64,000 nucleotides of DNA from Octopus vulgaris (Eukaryota), in the NCBI GenBank assembly GCA_951406725.2, contig OX597818.1, forward strand, positions 58,838,001-58,902,000. The letters are read 5' to 3'. Each line of letters starts with the position of its first letter. The first letter of the stretch is position 1. The notes under the pieces are model-generated. The model was not told the DNA's origin. It did no database searches and worked only from the letters and a program-made list of their open reading frames with translations. The position numbers and the translations under genes were made by a program. This document shows, piece after piece, positions 40,068 to 53,615 of this stretch.

Positions 40068-41549
40068 GGTTTGAACCGGTCGGATTCGGTTTGAACCGGT
40101 TTGAACCGGTTTGATCCGGTTTGAACCGGTTTGTCGGCAAACGTTTTTGATCTCTGTCGGCACCCCTTTGATCTCTGTCGGCACCCTCTTTGATTTCTGT
40201 CGGCATCCTCTTTGATCTCTGTCGGCACCCCCCTTGATCTCTGTCGGCATCCCCTTTGATCTCTGTCGGAACTATCTCTGGTCTCGGTCGGCACTCTCTT
40301 TGATCTCTGTCGGCACCCCTTTGTTCTCTTTCGGCACCCTTTTTGATCTCTGTCGGCACCCCCTTTGATGTCTGCCGACACTATCTTTGATCTCTGTCGG
40401 CACCCTCTTTGATCTCCGTCGGCATACCCTTTGATCTCTGTCGGCACCCCTTTGATCTCTGTCGACACCCTCTTTGATCTTTGAACCGGTTTGATCCGGT
40501 CTGAACAGGTCTGAACCGGTTTGGACCGGTTTGAACCGGTTTGGACCGGATTGTCGGCACCGTCTTTGATCTCTGTCGGTACCCTCTTTGATCTCTGTCG
40601 GCACCCCTTTGATGTCGGTACTCTCTTTGATCTCTGTCGGCACACCCTTTGATCTCTGTCGGCACCCTCTTTGATCTCTTTCGACACCCCCTTTGATCTC
40701 TGTCGGCACCCTCTTTGGTCTCAGTCGACATCCCTTTGATCTCTGTCGGCATCCCCTTTGATCTTTGTCGGCACCATCTGTGATCTCTGTCGGCACCCCT
40801 TTGATCTCTGTCGGCACCCTCTTTGATCTCTGTCGGTACCCTCTTTGATCTCTGTCGGCACCCCTTTGATGTCGGTACTCTCTTTGATCTCTGTCGGCAC
40901 ACCCTTTGATCTCTGTCGGCACCCTCTTTGATCTCTTTCGACACCAACTTTGATCTCTGTCGGCACCCTCTTTGGTCTCTGTCGACATCCCTTTGATCTC
41001 TGTCGGCATCCCCTTTGATCTTTGTCGGCACCATCTGTGATCTCTGTCGGCACCCCTTTGATCTCTGTCGGCACCCTCTTTGATCTCTGTCGGTACCCTC
41101 TTTGATCTCTGTCGGCACCCCTTTGATGTCGGTACTCTCTTTGATCTCTGTCGGCACACCCTTTGATCTCTGTCGGCACCCTCTTTGATCTCTTTCGGCA
41201 CCCCCTTTGATCTCTGTCGGCACCCTCTTTGGTCTCTGTCGGCATCCCTTTGATCTCTGTCGGCATCCCCTTTGATCTCTGTCGGCATCCCCTTTGATCT
41301 TTGTCGGCACCATCTGTGATCTCTGTCGGCACTCCCTTTGATCTCTGTCGGCACCCTGTTTGATCTCTGTCGGCATCCCTTTGATCTATGTCGGCATCCC
41401 CTTTGATCTTTGTCGGCACCATCTGTGATCACTGTCGGTACTACTTTGATCTCTGTCGGCAACCTCTTTGATCTCCGTCGGCATACCCTTTGATCTCTGT
41501 CGGCACCCTTTTTTATCTCTGTCGGCACGCTCTTTGATCTCTGTCGGTA
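40068..41549. repeat. GC-rich tandem array: 19-22-bp unit CTTTGATCTCTGTCGGCACC plus 10-bp CCGGTTTGAA blocks
   Basis: Seen directly. The diagnostic variant GATGTCGGTACTCTC recurs at 40611, 40868 and 41125 (257-bp higher-order period). Confidence 0.95.
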
Positions 41550-42084
41550 CTAAATTATTTGGCTGCTATTTCTAAAAGTTCGGTGTGTGGTAAAGCAATT
41601 TTTTTGCTGAACCTATTATATAAAATTTATATATATACATATGCATGTAAGTAGGTGCATGCGTGTGTGTACGTGTATATATAAATAGTTTATTTTTCCG
41701 TTAAGGTAATAATAAAAAAGGACTCCATACAGTGAGAGATAAATACCATTTAATATACGCTCCTATGTTGTAATCTAACCCCTAATAATAGTTTCCATTA
41801 AGACACGTGTTTTGTAGGCTTTTAGAACTGCTTTGGTTTCCAAGCAATCTTTAAGGCTGTAAGCACATATTTAGTTCTATTTTATAATGGATATGTGGAG
41901 GCGCAATGGCCCAGTGGTTAGGGCAGCAGACTCGCGGTCGTAGGATCACGGTTTCGATTCCCAGACCGGGCGTTGTGAGTGTTTATTGAGCGAAAACACC
42001 TAAAAGCTCCACGAGCCTCCGGCAGGGGATGGTGGTGATCCCTGCTGTACTCTTTCACCACAACTTTCTCTCATTCTTACTTCC
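41550..42084 (+). repeat. Right copy of ~530-bp direct duplication
   Basis: Matches 39537-40067. Confidence 0.92.
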
Positions 42085-42286
42085 TGTTTCTGTTGTACCT
42101 GTATTTCAAGGGGCCGGCCTTGTCACTCTCTGTGTCACGCTCAATATCCCTGAGAACTACGTTAAGGGTACACGTGTCTGTGGAATACTCAGCCACTTAC
42201 ACGTTAATTTCACGAGCAGGCTGTTCCGTTGATTCGGATCAACCTGAACCCTCGTCGTCGTAACCGACGGAGTGCTTCCATCCATC
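41896..42286 (+). mobile_element. SINE family C, full-length
   Basis: TSD TATAATGGATATGT at 41883 and 42287. Confidence 0.92.
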
Positions 42287-42599
42287 TATAATGGATATGT
42301 TGGTACATGATTTAACTACGACAAAATAATATAATGAACATGAAAAAGAAATGAAAGAAAAGAAGAAAATTAGACCGTAGAAGTCAGGAAAAAGGGCTTG
42401 AAAACAATGACTATATTCTCATTACTTTCATGGTGTATACAATCCTGATTATCTCCTTAATTATTGATCCATCATTATCTTGTCCAAATACCTACAAGTG
42501 TCACCTGAACGCAACGGATATATTGTTATGCCGCTCATTTTTAAGTTTTCAGAGGATGACACAAACTATCCACGTTTATTTGCCAAAAATGGACATGTG

Positions 42600-43200
42600 G
42601 ATTCACCAAACTTCATTGTATTCTCTGTATAAAATTAGGTAATGGGATCCAATCCCTATTAATATGGCTGTTACTTAGCCAGTATATTGTTATTTCGTCG
42701 ACAAAGAAGAGGTGTGAGATACTCCTGGGTTCTTTTCTATAGCCACCTGCTTTTGTGAGATGCGATGATAGAGGGTTTAAAGAGAGAACGAAAAGCAACA
42801 TCGATGTGCTATGATCTGAAGGATACGTTTTCTGTAGACAATGCTCTCGACTCAATTTGCTCCTTATCAAGCTTAAAGACCAACGTGGCGAACCAAGTCT
42901 TGATCAGGCGTTCCATAACGCCTGATCCAGACTTGTAGCACATGTAATTGTACTGCTTTTTCGTGGATCATTTTGTTAATACGTAATTGCTGTCTATAGT
43001 ACTACACCTAGTTTCATTCTGCTGGCACAAGTTTTTATATAATGTTTTTGGTGGCACAGCTTTCGTGCAAGAACAAATTTAGGCAACCAGTGTATATGTA
43101 CCTAACGATGTCATAGAATATGAAGAGCTAGTTTCTTAGCTAATTGGGATATGAGGAGAGTCGTAGTTGATATCTATTGGCGCATTCTTGTATGCCCTTC
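42600..43200 (-). pseudogene. Highly decayed non-LTR reverse transcriptase relic
   Basis: MLLFVLSLNPLSSHL...ISHLFFVDEITIY resembles the R4-type RT segment at 120-240. Confidence 0.5.
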
Positions 43201-43262
43201 CAACATTCACCATACAACGGTAAAAGACATCATCGATGTATATATATATATATATATATATA

Positions 43263-44260
43263 GGTGAGAAAGTTGGGTGTGTGAAAGCACGTGGTTGAAT
43301 ATATAGAAAATAGTAAAAAGTGAAAAAACTACAGAAGGCTTGTTTTAAAAGTTTAAAAAATATATATTTGAGTCATTATGTCAGAAGAATGTTATAAATT
43401 TTTTTCATACAATGACATAGTTTTTGAAGAAATTACCGGTTTCGCGTTCAGCTTTTCAAATTTCTTACATCGTTATGTTTTCGTTCAGAAGTGTAAAGTA
43501 GAGTTCCAGGTAAGGGGAGGTAATAAGTGATTTCTTCCGGTGTAAGGGAGATAATCGCTTAATATTTCTTGCCTTTTTTGGGGTGGGGGGTAAGTTTCTC
43601 TGTATAAGAATGTTGGACTGGTTAAGTTTGGGCATATATTTTTCAATGAAGAATGTTTCCTTGTTTAGTCTAATTTTGGTAAAAAGGAAAGATTTAAAAC
43701 TGTGGTAGAAGTTGCTTTGCGCATTTCTCAATGTGCTCACTAAAAGGTATCATTCTGTATTCTGGGAATGCAATCTGTTGTCGATGCAGTGTGCATCTAC
43801 GTCTGAGTGATAGTCCCGTGGACCCCACGTAGTTTTGGTGGCAGACCGAGCATCTTATGACATAAATTATGTTTTCAGACGCACAAGTAAAATTAGATTT
43901 GATCTTGAATTTCTGTTCCTCTTTGAAGAGGAATTCTGATCCTTCTAGCAGGTTTGGACATGTTGCACAGTTCGGTCTACCACATTTTTTTACTTTTGCA
44001 TCCGTAATTTCAGAAAACAATTTTGCCTTTGTGAGAATCTTTTTAAGTGATTTAGATTGTTTGTAGCTTTTAATGATTTTGTGTATGTTTAGAATTTCCT
44101 TTAATTTGGGGTCCTTATGAAGTATTGGTAAATTCTGGGTGATAATGGTGAAGGCTTCTTTATTTCTGGGGTTGTATGTGGATATGTAAGGTAGTATTTT
44201 CGGGGAAGGTGTGTTGTTGTGTTGAACTTTTCTCAAAGTTTCTATGTCGATTTCTGTTAT
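43263..44260 (-). mobile_element. Penelope-like element, 5'-truncated: GIY-YIG endonuclease plus 3' pseudo-LTR
   Basis: PYISTYNP, KCGRPNCATC, FTCASENIIYVIRCSVCHQNYVGSTG..LRRRCTLH, RLNKETFFIEKYMPKLN; flanked by (TA)n. Confidence 0.9.
43427..43466 (-). ncRNA. Minimal hammerhead-like motif with U3-A8 core
   Basis: AAGAAAT-TTGAAAA-GC-tgaac-GC-GAAAC-CG-GTA-ATTTCTT; perfect 7-bp stem I. Confidence 0.7.
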
Positions 44261-44262
44261 AT

Positions 44263-44264
<2 letters not shown>

Positions 44265-44334
<70 letters not shown>

Positions 44335-44491
44335 GACAGGCTTCTTTCAGTTTCCGTCTACCAAATCCACTCACAAGGCATGGGTCGGCCCGGGGCTATA
44401 GCAGAAGACACTTGCCCAAGATGCCACGCAGTGGGACCCGGAATCATGTGGTCGGTTAGCAAGGTACTTACCACACACCCAATCCTGCGCC

Positions 44492-44492
<1 letters not shown>
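44265..44492 (-). mobile_element. SINE family A, 5' half only
   Basis: Head plus internal microsatellite, joined to the Penelope fragment. Confidence 0.8.
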
Positions 44493-44549
<57 letters not shown>

Positions 44550-45166
44550 TGTATGTATGTATACGAGAAATGTTAAATTCAATTAGAACATTTTACTTTG
44601 GCGGGGTTCAAAGTTAGTTTTAGTTCTTACATTACTTGACTCAACACTACCTAAACATGTTTTGATATTTCATATTTCACAAGCCTTTTATTAATATCTG
44701 AATGAGTTATTTGAGACTGACTCAATGCAGTCTCCTGTAACAACATAATTTTCATCTGTTGCAACTAATCTGATGACTCATTTACTTTTTTTTTTTTACT
44801 GAGGATAAAGTTAATATGCAATTAAATTAAGTTAATTATAATAATAATTAACTTATAATAATGATTAATTTAATCTCTACCTTTCTCGTTATGGGAATGA
44901 ATAGAACAACTGGAATGAGAGAAACAGAAAGAAGACAGGTGCGCGAATAAGTGAGAGATAGTAAATGAGAGCATCATTGTTATTATGTGGCAAGAGAAAA
45001 GAGCAAAACTGTAAGCCAGGATACAGGGTATACACGAAATATCTAATCTAGCTGCCCCATTAATGGACTGCAATTTGGATTCAGTGGTAAAAATGTGAGT
45101 CAGTGCGGGACGTTTGTTGGCTGGTGAGGACTTGTAAAACAGGTGTTACACACACACACGCATGCA

Positions 45167-45254
<88 letters not shown>

Positions 45255-45327
45255 TATGTGTGTGTATGTGTGTGTGTGTTTGTGTGTGCTTCTGTATGTA
45301 TATACAAATATATATATATATAAATAT

Positions 45328-45582
45328 AAGAAGCCTGTCGTATATATGTATATATATATATGTATGTGTGTGTTTGTGTATCTGTGTTTGTCCCCCTAGG
45401 ATTGCTTGACAACCGATGCTGGTGTGTTTATGTCCCCGTTACTTAGCGGTTCGGCAAAAGAGACAGATAGAATAAGTACTGGGCTTACAAAAGAATAAGT
45501 CCCGGGGTCGAGTTGCTCGATTAAAAAGGCGGTGCTCCAGCATGGCCGCAGTCAAATGATTGAAACAAGTAAAAGAGAAAAG
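45328..45582 (+). mobile_element. SINE family A, 3' half only
   Basis: AAGAAGCCTGTCG...AAACAAGTAAAAGAG. Confidence 0.85.
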
Positions 45583-45888
45583 ATATATATATATATATAC
45601 AAGTGCGTGTTTGTATTTATGCCCAAAATACGACGCAGTATTCAGAAAAAAGAAATCCGCTTTTATGATTAGAACTTCATAAGCATTTGCTTGGTTTTTG
45701 TGTTATCATCAACACACATCCAACTTTATGTTGACGCTGGCTTTCATGTGGCAGGATTTCATACGAAGAATTTTCTGAAGGTAAATAACGTAATATTCTG
45801 TGATTTAACACATCTTAAGCTGAAGATAAAGCTGGCCGTTTGTTATTAATTATACACACACACATAAATGCAGATATATGTATGTATG

Positions 45889-45933
<45 letters not shown>

Positions 45934-46246
45934 TGCTTGTTGACTTTGAATTCATTCAATTATTATAAATCAACTGTTTAAGCTATTCCCTAATTAACTA
46001 AACGATTGTTTCAACAATTGCTTCAGAGATCAATCATTTTTGGAGAAGAGTTTATCTCTGCATTATGATTATTATTGATCACGTGCTCGTATATACTCTA
46101 CTTCTGAGACAAATTGATTCCACATTATTTCCTTCATTCTTTATTGATTCGAGTCTTTATTTTATATATGTGGTTATAATTATATATTTGTGCCGATTTA
46201 CTTATTGCGATGTTGCTTTCTGATTTTGTTATTTCATTATTAGTGA

Positions 46247-46631
46247 CTAGCAGTATCGCCCGGCGTTGCTCGGGTTTGTAAGGGAAATAACTATATAAGC
46301 ATTTTTGGAGATGTAAAGTATAATAGCCATCACAATATGGCTAACCACAAAGGGGGGGGCTGTTACTGTAGCTTTTTACGTTCTGAGATTTTAAAATAAA
46401 TTTTTAGAGAGTTACTTCCCTTATATATGCCAAAAATGCATTAAAAATGAGAAAATTTTTTTCTTTAAATCGTAGACTCATCGTAGACGCGCGCTAATAC
46501 CCAGAAGGGCTCGATATGAATCACGACTATAAGATACCCGGTTTTGGTTAAACTGCACCGCAAAATGTTGGAGTAGTTAGGAATCTAAATCGTAGGAGAC
46601 AGACACACAACTTCTCTTTTATATATAAAGA
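46247..46631 (-). mobile_element. Non-autonomous Helitron
   Basis: Same TC/CTAG termini and hairpin; A|T target. Confidence 0.88.
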
Positions 46632-46907
46632 TAATGCTTAAGGAGTGAGCTGATGGAATCGATGACAAGTTGGAAATATATTTAGAAGCATTTTTGTAAT
46701 TTCTGTGTTCAAATTCCGGTGAATTCCATTTTGCATTTATGTCTTTCCATATAGAGAACTAGTAGCGTTTGAAAACGTTGGCCAATGTAATCCACACACT
46801 AGTTTCTTTAAAATTGGTGGTCTTGTTACAAAATATAAAAATGTTCTGAATAACTATTCGTGTATATTGTCTTTGGGGGCTACTCTGAAAGATGGAGAGA
46901 AATATAT

Positions 46908-47138
46908 ATTTCTTTACTACCCACAAGGGGCTAAACACAGAGGAGACAAACAAGGACAGACAAACGGATTAAGTCGATTCCATCGACCCCAGTGCGTAAC
47001 TGGTACTTAATTTATCGACCCCGAAATAATGAAAGGCAAAGTCGACCTCGGCGGAATTTGAACTCAGAACGTAATGGCAGACGAAATACGGCTTCGCATT
47101 TCGCCTGGCTTGCTAACGTTTCTGCCAGCTCGCCGCCT
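46908..47138 (-). mobile_element. SINE family B
   Basis: Full-length; TSD ATGGAGA(G/T)AAATATA at 46892 and 47141. Confidence 0.9.
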
Positions 47139-48414
47139 TTATGGAGATAAATATAGATATGTCAAATATCATATGGTGTAAATATTTCTTATATTAAAAT
47201 GGTCCCTGCCTTTAGAGAATATGCCATATTTACCATTTTTACATAATGGTAATTAAGTATTGCTCCATATGATAAGGGGAGATAATCACAAAACTCGAGT
47301 ACACACGCCGATGTATACATATACATAAACAAATATACAAAAATATGTATAGACTCAGAGATACATACTCTCTCTCTCTCTCACACACACACACAAGCAC
47401 ATACACATATACAGACATAAAAGTTTATATACATACATAGATACACACATATATACTTACATATATACATCTTCACATAAATACAAATACATATATACTC
47501 ACACATACAAACATACGTATATACACAATCTCCTATATATTTTTTACGTATGCGCATACATATATAAAAGAAATAGGAAACGACTGTGTTAATATTTAAT
47601 AAACATATGAGAGGTAAAAGAATCCATAAACATTTTATAGCATACATAGCTTTGATTTTCCATGCAGTGTTCGGTTGATCCTTTCACGGGGATTCAAATT
47701 TTTTGCATTAATAATTCTGGTAGCTTACCTATTATTTTGTGTTTAATTTTGTCTCTGTTTATGAATAAAATATTCTTCTTTGTCCTTCCGAAAATGTACA
47801 TTTTTCTATCCACATTTAAAAAAAAAATTTGGAAAAAAATATTCACTACATTTTGTATTTGTAATGGACGTTACATTAATGTGTTGCTTATGTACTTTTA
47901 CTATCTCGTATAATCCAACGCCATTTTTTACAATGTAGTATTCAGGACGAGGGACACAGTTAATCAGGTTTCTGGATTTACAATTCGTATTTGGATAGAT
48001 TTCAAAAATATTGTTAACGATGATTTGTAATAAAATTTGTAATAAAATTCTAGATAACTAATGGTTTAATACTTATATTTAAGTAATTTTTGTTATCAAT
48101 TTCGTGTTAACGTTAATACTATAGCATATCAGAAGGAATTTACTAATATTTCCTAAATATTTCCTTTATTTATAACGTTACAGAAAACAAATATTATCTG
48201 GTTCCAATCAGTATTTAATATCAGAGTGGCTATATTTGTGGGTTACCATTTCTAGGTAACATCTCTAGATATATTCCCTAAATGATAATATCACCAGGGG
48301 ATTATACAGAAATCTCACTAAATCTTAATTAAATCTTAATTATATTTCACCAATTGTCATATCAATATAACATGAGTATACCAACTTTATGGTTCTATAT
48401 TTAAGAGTTGGGGT

Positions 48415-48606
48415 ATTATGTACATTATTTACAGTATTTACATTATTTACATTTGTTGGATATTTGTCCTCATCTTGTTTGTTGTTAACACAACGTTTCG
48501 GCTAATATACACTCCAGCCGTCATCAGGTGTCTTGGGGAAATTTCGAAACCGGGTTCTCATTTCTTAGGTGTCTTTCGATATTGTTGTTGTTGTTGTTGT
48601 TGTTGC

Positions 48607-48701
<95 letters not shown>

Positions 48702-48793
48702 CATTATTATTATTATTATTATTATTCAAGTCACTGCCTGGAATCGAAGTCGGAGTCTTGTGGTTAGTAAACCACGCTCTTAATACTACGTCA
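48415..48793 (-). mobile_element. tRNA-headed SINE-like element carrying a hammerhead motif
   Basis: Minus strand: head GACGTAGTATTAAGAGC..CTTCGATTCCAGGCAG (48793-48727), (AAT)n, body with ACAC-CTGATGA-CGGCT..AGCC-GAAAC-GTT-GTGT (48531-48488), tail (TGTAAATAA)n. Confidence 0.65.
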
Positions 48794-49096
48794 TAAACCA
48801 GTTTCTTATAACTGATATTCCGACACATGAGAGGAGCACTTATCTCACTCATACAGTTAACAAACATCCAAGCAAAGCGCATTCAACATTGCTTCCTTAA
48901 AAACATTATCCTTCTGACGGCAAGGCCTTTCAAGCTAAAATGATATAAATGTTACAATTCTGTGATTAGTGTGTTTGATGCTGGATCTGTTGAAACAGAA
49001 TTTTCTCTCTCACACGACGGTCATTTTGCGAACAATGATCGCGCGCACCGTTTCTATTTTAACTAGTGACATGGTTAACTACTAAACTGTTTAATT

Positions 49097-49326
49097 CAGT
49101 GGTTCCCAACCCTTTTCAGGCTGACTCCCCTTGGCACTCGGGCCCCATCCGCAGTGCCCACCCCACGCTAGTGACACCAGCACAAACACTTTCTGCAGCA
49201 AAAGTGTATCTCACAAATAAAAGTTATGTGGAGTTTTATTTCACATTAATTGCCTGACTGCGAACACCCACCCCAGTCTTTCAACCACCCCCAGAGAGGC
49301 AATACCACCTAGTTTGAGAACTACTG
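49097..49326. mobile_element. hAT-like MITE
   Basis: Imperfect TIRs CAGTGGTTCCCAACC / GTTTGAGAACTACTG; 8-bp TSD not clear. Confidence 0.55.
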
Positions 49327-50075
49327 GGTGACTTGATGATTCGTTTGAACAATGAGATGTCATTGAATACTTCGGGACACAATTGGCAACAAAAACACAT
49401 TTCCAAAATTATGAAGATCAAATATTTCCATTCATGAACTGCCGAGTATAAAAGAAGTAAAACGGAAAAAGTCCGTATGTTTTTCAATAGCATAATCACT
49501 GGCCCGAAATACAGCAGAAAGGGAATATGCATAATCATTTAGTTGTCAGAATAAAATGAATCAATTGTTTTTATTTAATACAATTACTTCGATTCCTTAA
49601 CTTTAGAGTAGCTGATTTAATATTAAAAAAATATTTATACAAAGCTCTTTAAAAATGAATTGAAAATAACGGGAAACATGCAAGGAGAATTACGAGTGCG
49701 TAAGTTTCAAGTTTAGATTTCGACGACACCATTTTGAAAAAAAAATGCATGTATCTATAAAAATTTAGAAACCACAAACACTACCAACATCTTCTTTCCC
49801 AATGCCACCCACAGAAATTAAATACAACAATTGTGCATTCACAGTAATATTTTCCGCATAGTTTTTATCTGAACACTTTCTTTCTTTCTTATGATTGATA
49901 AACGAATGCTGTAAATTCTGCCGGCAATCTTCGAATAATTCTGCTGCAAATGATATAAATGCATCCTACTTCTGCGTTGGATCGTGCATATAAAATTAAT
50001 ATTTTTCTAAATGTTTAATATCATATAATTTTGTTGTGTTGTTTTGAAGAAGTGATTTATTCACACACACTCACA

Positions 50076-50112
<37 letters not shown>

Positions 50113-50134
50113 AGACACACACACACAGACACAT

Positions 50135-50190
<56 letters not shown>

Positions 50191-50404
50191 CTGCATACAT
50201 ACACGCTTGCAAACACAATCATACATACACACACACACACAGAAACACACACACATATGTATATATAGACGTCACTAAAGTTAAAGGGGGTGCGTAAAGT
50301 GGTACCGGCATTGCTAGAAATAAGAGTCAAAAACGACTCATTAGATACAAGAGCAGAACACTATCTTAATAAGCTGACAAGGGAGATAAAGTTCCCTACG
50401 GATA

Positions 50405-50498
<94 letters not shown>

Positions 50499-50503
50499 CA
50501 TGT

Positions 50504-50550
<47 letters not shown>

Positions 50551-50713
50551 CATATTATATTATATATATACATTATATTATTTTTGTCATTTACTTAATC
50601 TTTACTTTTTAATTGTTATTTTAATTTTAACTTTCTATTAAATGTAATTATCTAGATGGTTAATTTAATTATTCATTTTGATTTGATAAAAGGTGGGTTT
50701 TTTTCTAATATTT

Positions 50714-50773
<60 letters not shown>

Positions 50774-50879
50774 ACATTATATATATATATATAAACAAAC
50801 ATACATATATATATAGAGAGAGGGAGAGATAGTTAGATATATACACAAATTCTATAATTATAAATATAATTATAATTAG

Positions 50880-51350
50880 GGGTTAGCTAATTGCTTCACC
50901 ACACAGCGAATAGGAGAAATAGGAGTTAAAAACTTCCTTTTCTACTACTACCTTTTCTACTACCTTTCCTACTACTCCCAGACAGTAACTGCTTTACGTA
51001 GGCAAGGGATAACTATGTATTCATATTTGGCTGTGTAAAGTTTGGAAGTGTTGGTTGGATATCTGTTGCGCGGTGACGTTCCATTGCGTACATATTTAGC
51101 CCTAGCACTTTCAATTTTTTTTATATTCGGAATGTTACACTGATGATGAGAAATAAGTAAGTAAAAAGAAAACTTTAATTTTGAAACACGTATGTGGGTA
51201 TTTGGAGTCGTGTGAACTCAATATTTTTATTTTTGCCTATGTTAACAAAAGTGTTACTGTCTGGGAGATTCTTACGGCTGTAGAAAAGGTAATTTTAGCT
51301 CCTATTTCTAAATTCGATATGTGGTGAAGCAATTAGCAACTAATTTTACC
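50880..51350 (+). mobile_element. Inverted-terminus element with an internal hammerhead motif
   Basis: GCTAATTGCTTCACCACA / TGTGGTGAAGCAATTAGC and CTCCCAGACAGTAAC / GTTACTGTCTGGGAG arms; TTACA-CTGATGA(51140)...GAAAC-AC-GTA-TGTGG(51197). Confidence 0.65.
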
Positions 51351-52625
<1,275 letters not shown>

Positions 52626-52679
52626 CTATATGTAATTTATATATATGTACATATGTAAATTAGATATGTTTAACTTAAC

Positions 52680-53370
52680 AGCACCATCTCATAAGATTAT
52701 ATAAATCCTTTTTAAGTCAAGTTTGTAGCATCATGGTCCATTCAAATAGTGAGGTCTTGTTTACTGAGTTGCACGCAGGTATGGGAGGCTTATTTTGTAT
52801 TCCTTGAAGAAATTTGTCCAGACTCCGTTTAATATTTATGGGATCCTTTTCCTCTTCGATCGGTTTTGGGACAATGTTAAACAGGGCAGGGCCAGTTGAG
52901 TAAAAGAATTTGTGTTGCAGTGTGCCGATATGTTGTTATCCTGAATTGGGCATGGGACGTATCGCACGTGGTCGCAGCCTCGGATGAACCTTGAAGCTAA
53001 TGTTTAGGTCGTTTGGGCAATACTGGCGGTATATTCTCCAAATGGTGCAAATGATGTACCGCTCGTGGCAGCGCTGAAGAGAGTAGAGTTTCAAGGTTTT
53101 AAGGCGGTCCCAGTAATCGAGATCATGACCTTAATTCGTGTAGTGAATGGCCTCTAGAGTGATTAAATTTTCGTGATGTTTTGTTGTGTATGGGGTGACC
53201 ACAGAGAGCAGCAGTTTCGAGGAGTGGCCGTACAAAGAAGGAGAACAGTGAAATGATGACTACTTGTTCTCAGGACCGGAATGTACTTTAGATCCAGGAG
53301 TTCATCCTACGAGCTATATCAACCTTATTGTTGATGTGGGCACTTCAACTGAGATTGTTATGAACAATTA
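52680..53370 (-). mobile_element. CR1-group LINE 3' ORF2 relic
   Basis: FVRPLLE, DYWDRLKTLKLYSLQR, FYSTGPALFNIVP, KRSLDKFL. Confidence 0.75.
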
Positions 53371-53615
53371 CTGCTAAGAGCTCTGATATGATTTATACAT
53401 ATATACATAACACACGGAAACATAAGCATACACTTGCAAGGACGCCAAAACATCTCGTTACGACTTTGATTTCTTCCTCATACTTTATGCATTGCTCCTC
53501 AATTCTAAACTATAACTATTTTTCTCCATCTTCGTCTTCATCATACGAAGGTATTTTATTTAGCCGTGCGTAAATATATTAGGAATATATCTCCCAATCT
53601 AATGGACTAAAATTA

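Noticed and set aside
39983-41528. Long minus-strand ORFs (418, 331, 234, 233 aa)
   Set aside because: The repeat unit lacks stop codons on that strand, so all three frames stay open and the same peptides (PTEIK/ADRDQR/CRQRSK) swap between frames. There is no evidence of coding.
40068-41549. CRISPR-like array
   Set aside because: Units are contiguous, with only short low-complexity linkers; there are no unique spacers and no cas genes, and the context is eukaryotic.
44265-45582. Inversion splitting one SINE A into opposite-strand halves
   Set aside because: Both halves contain AAGAAGCCTGTCG, so two independent truncated copies explain it at least as well.
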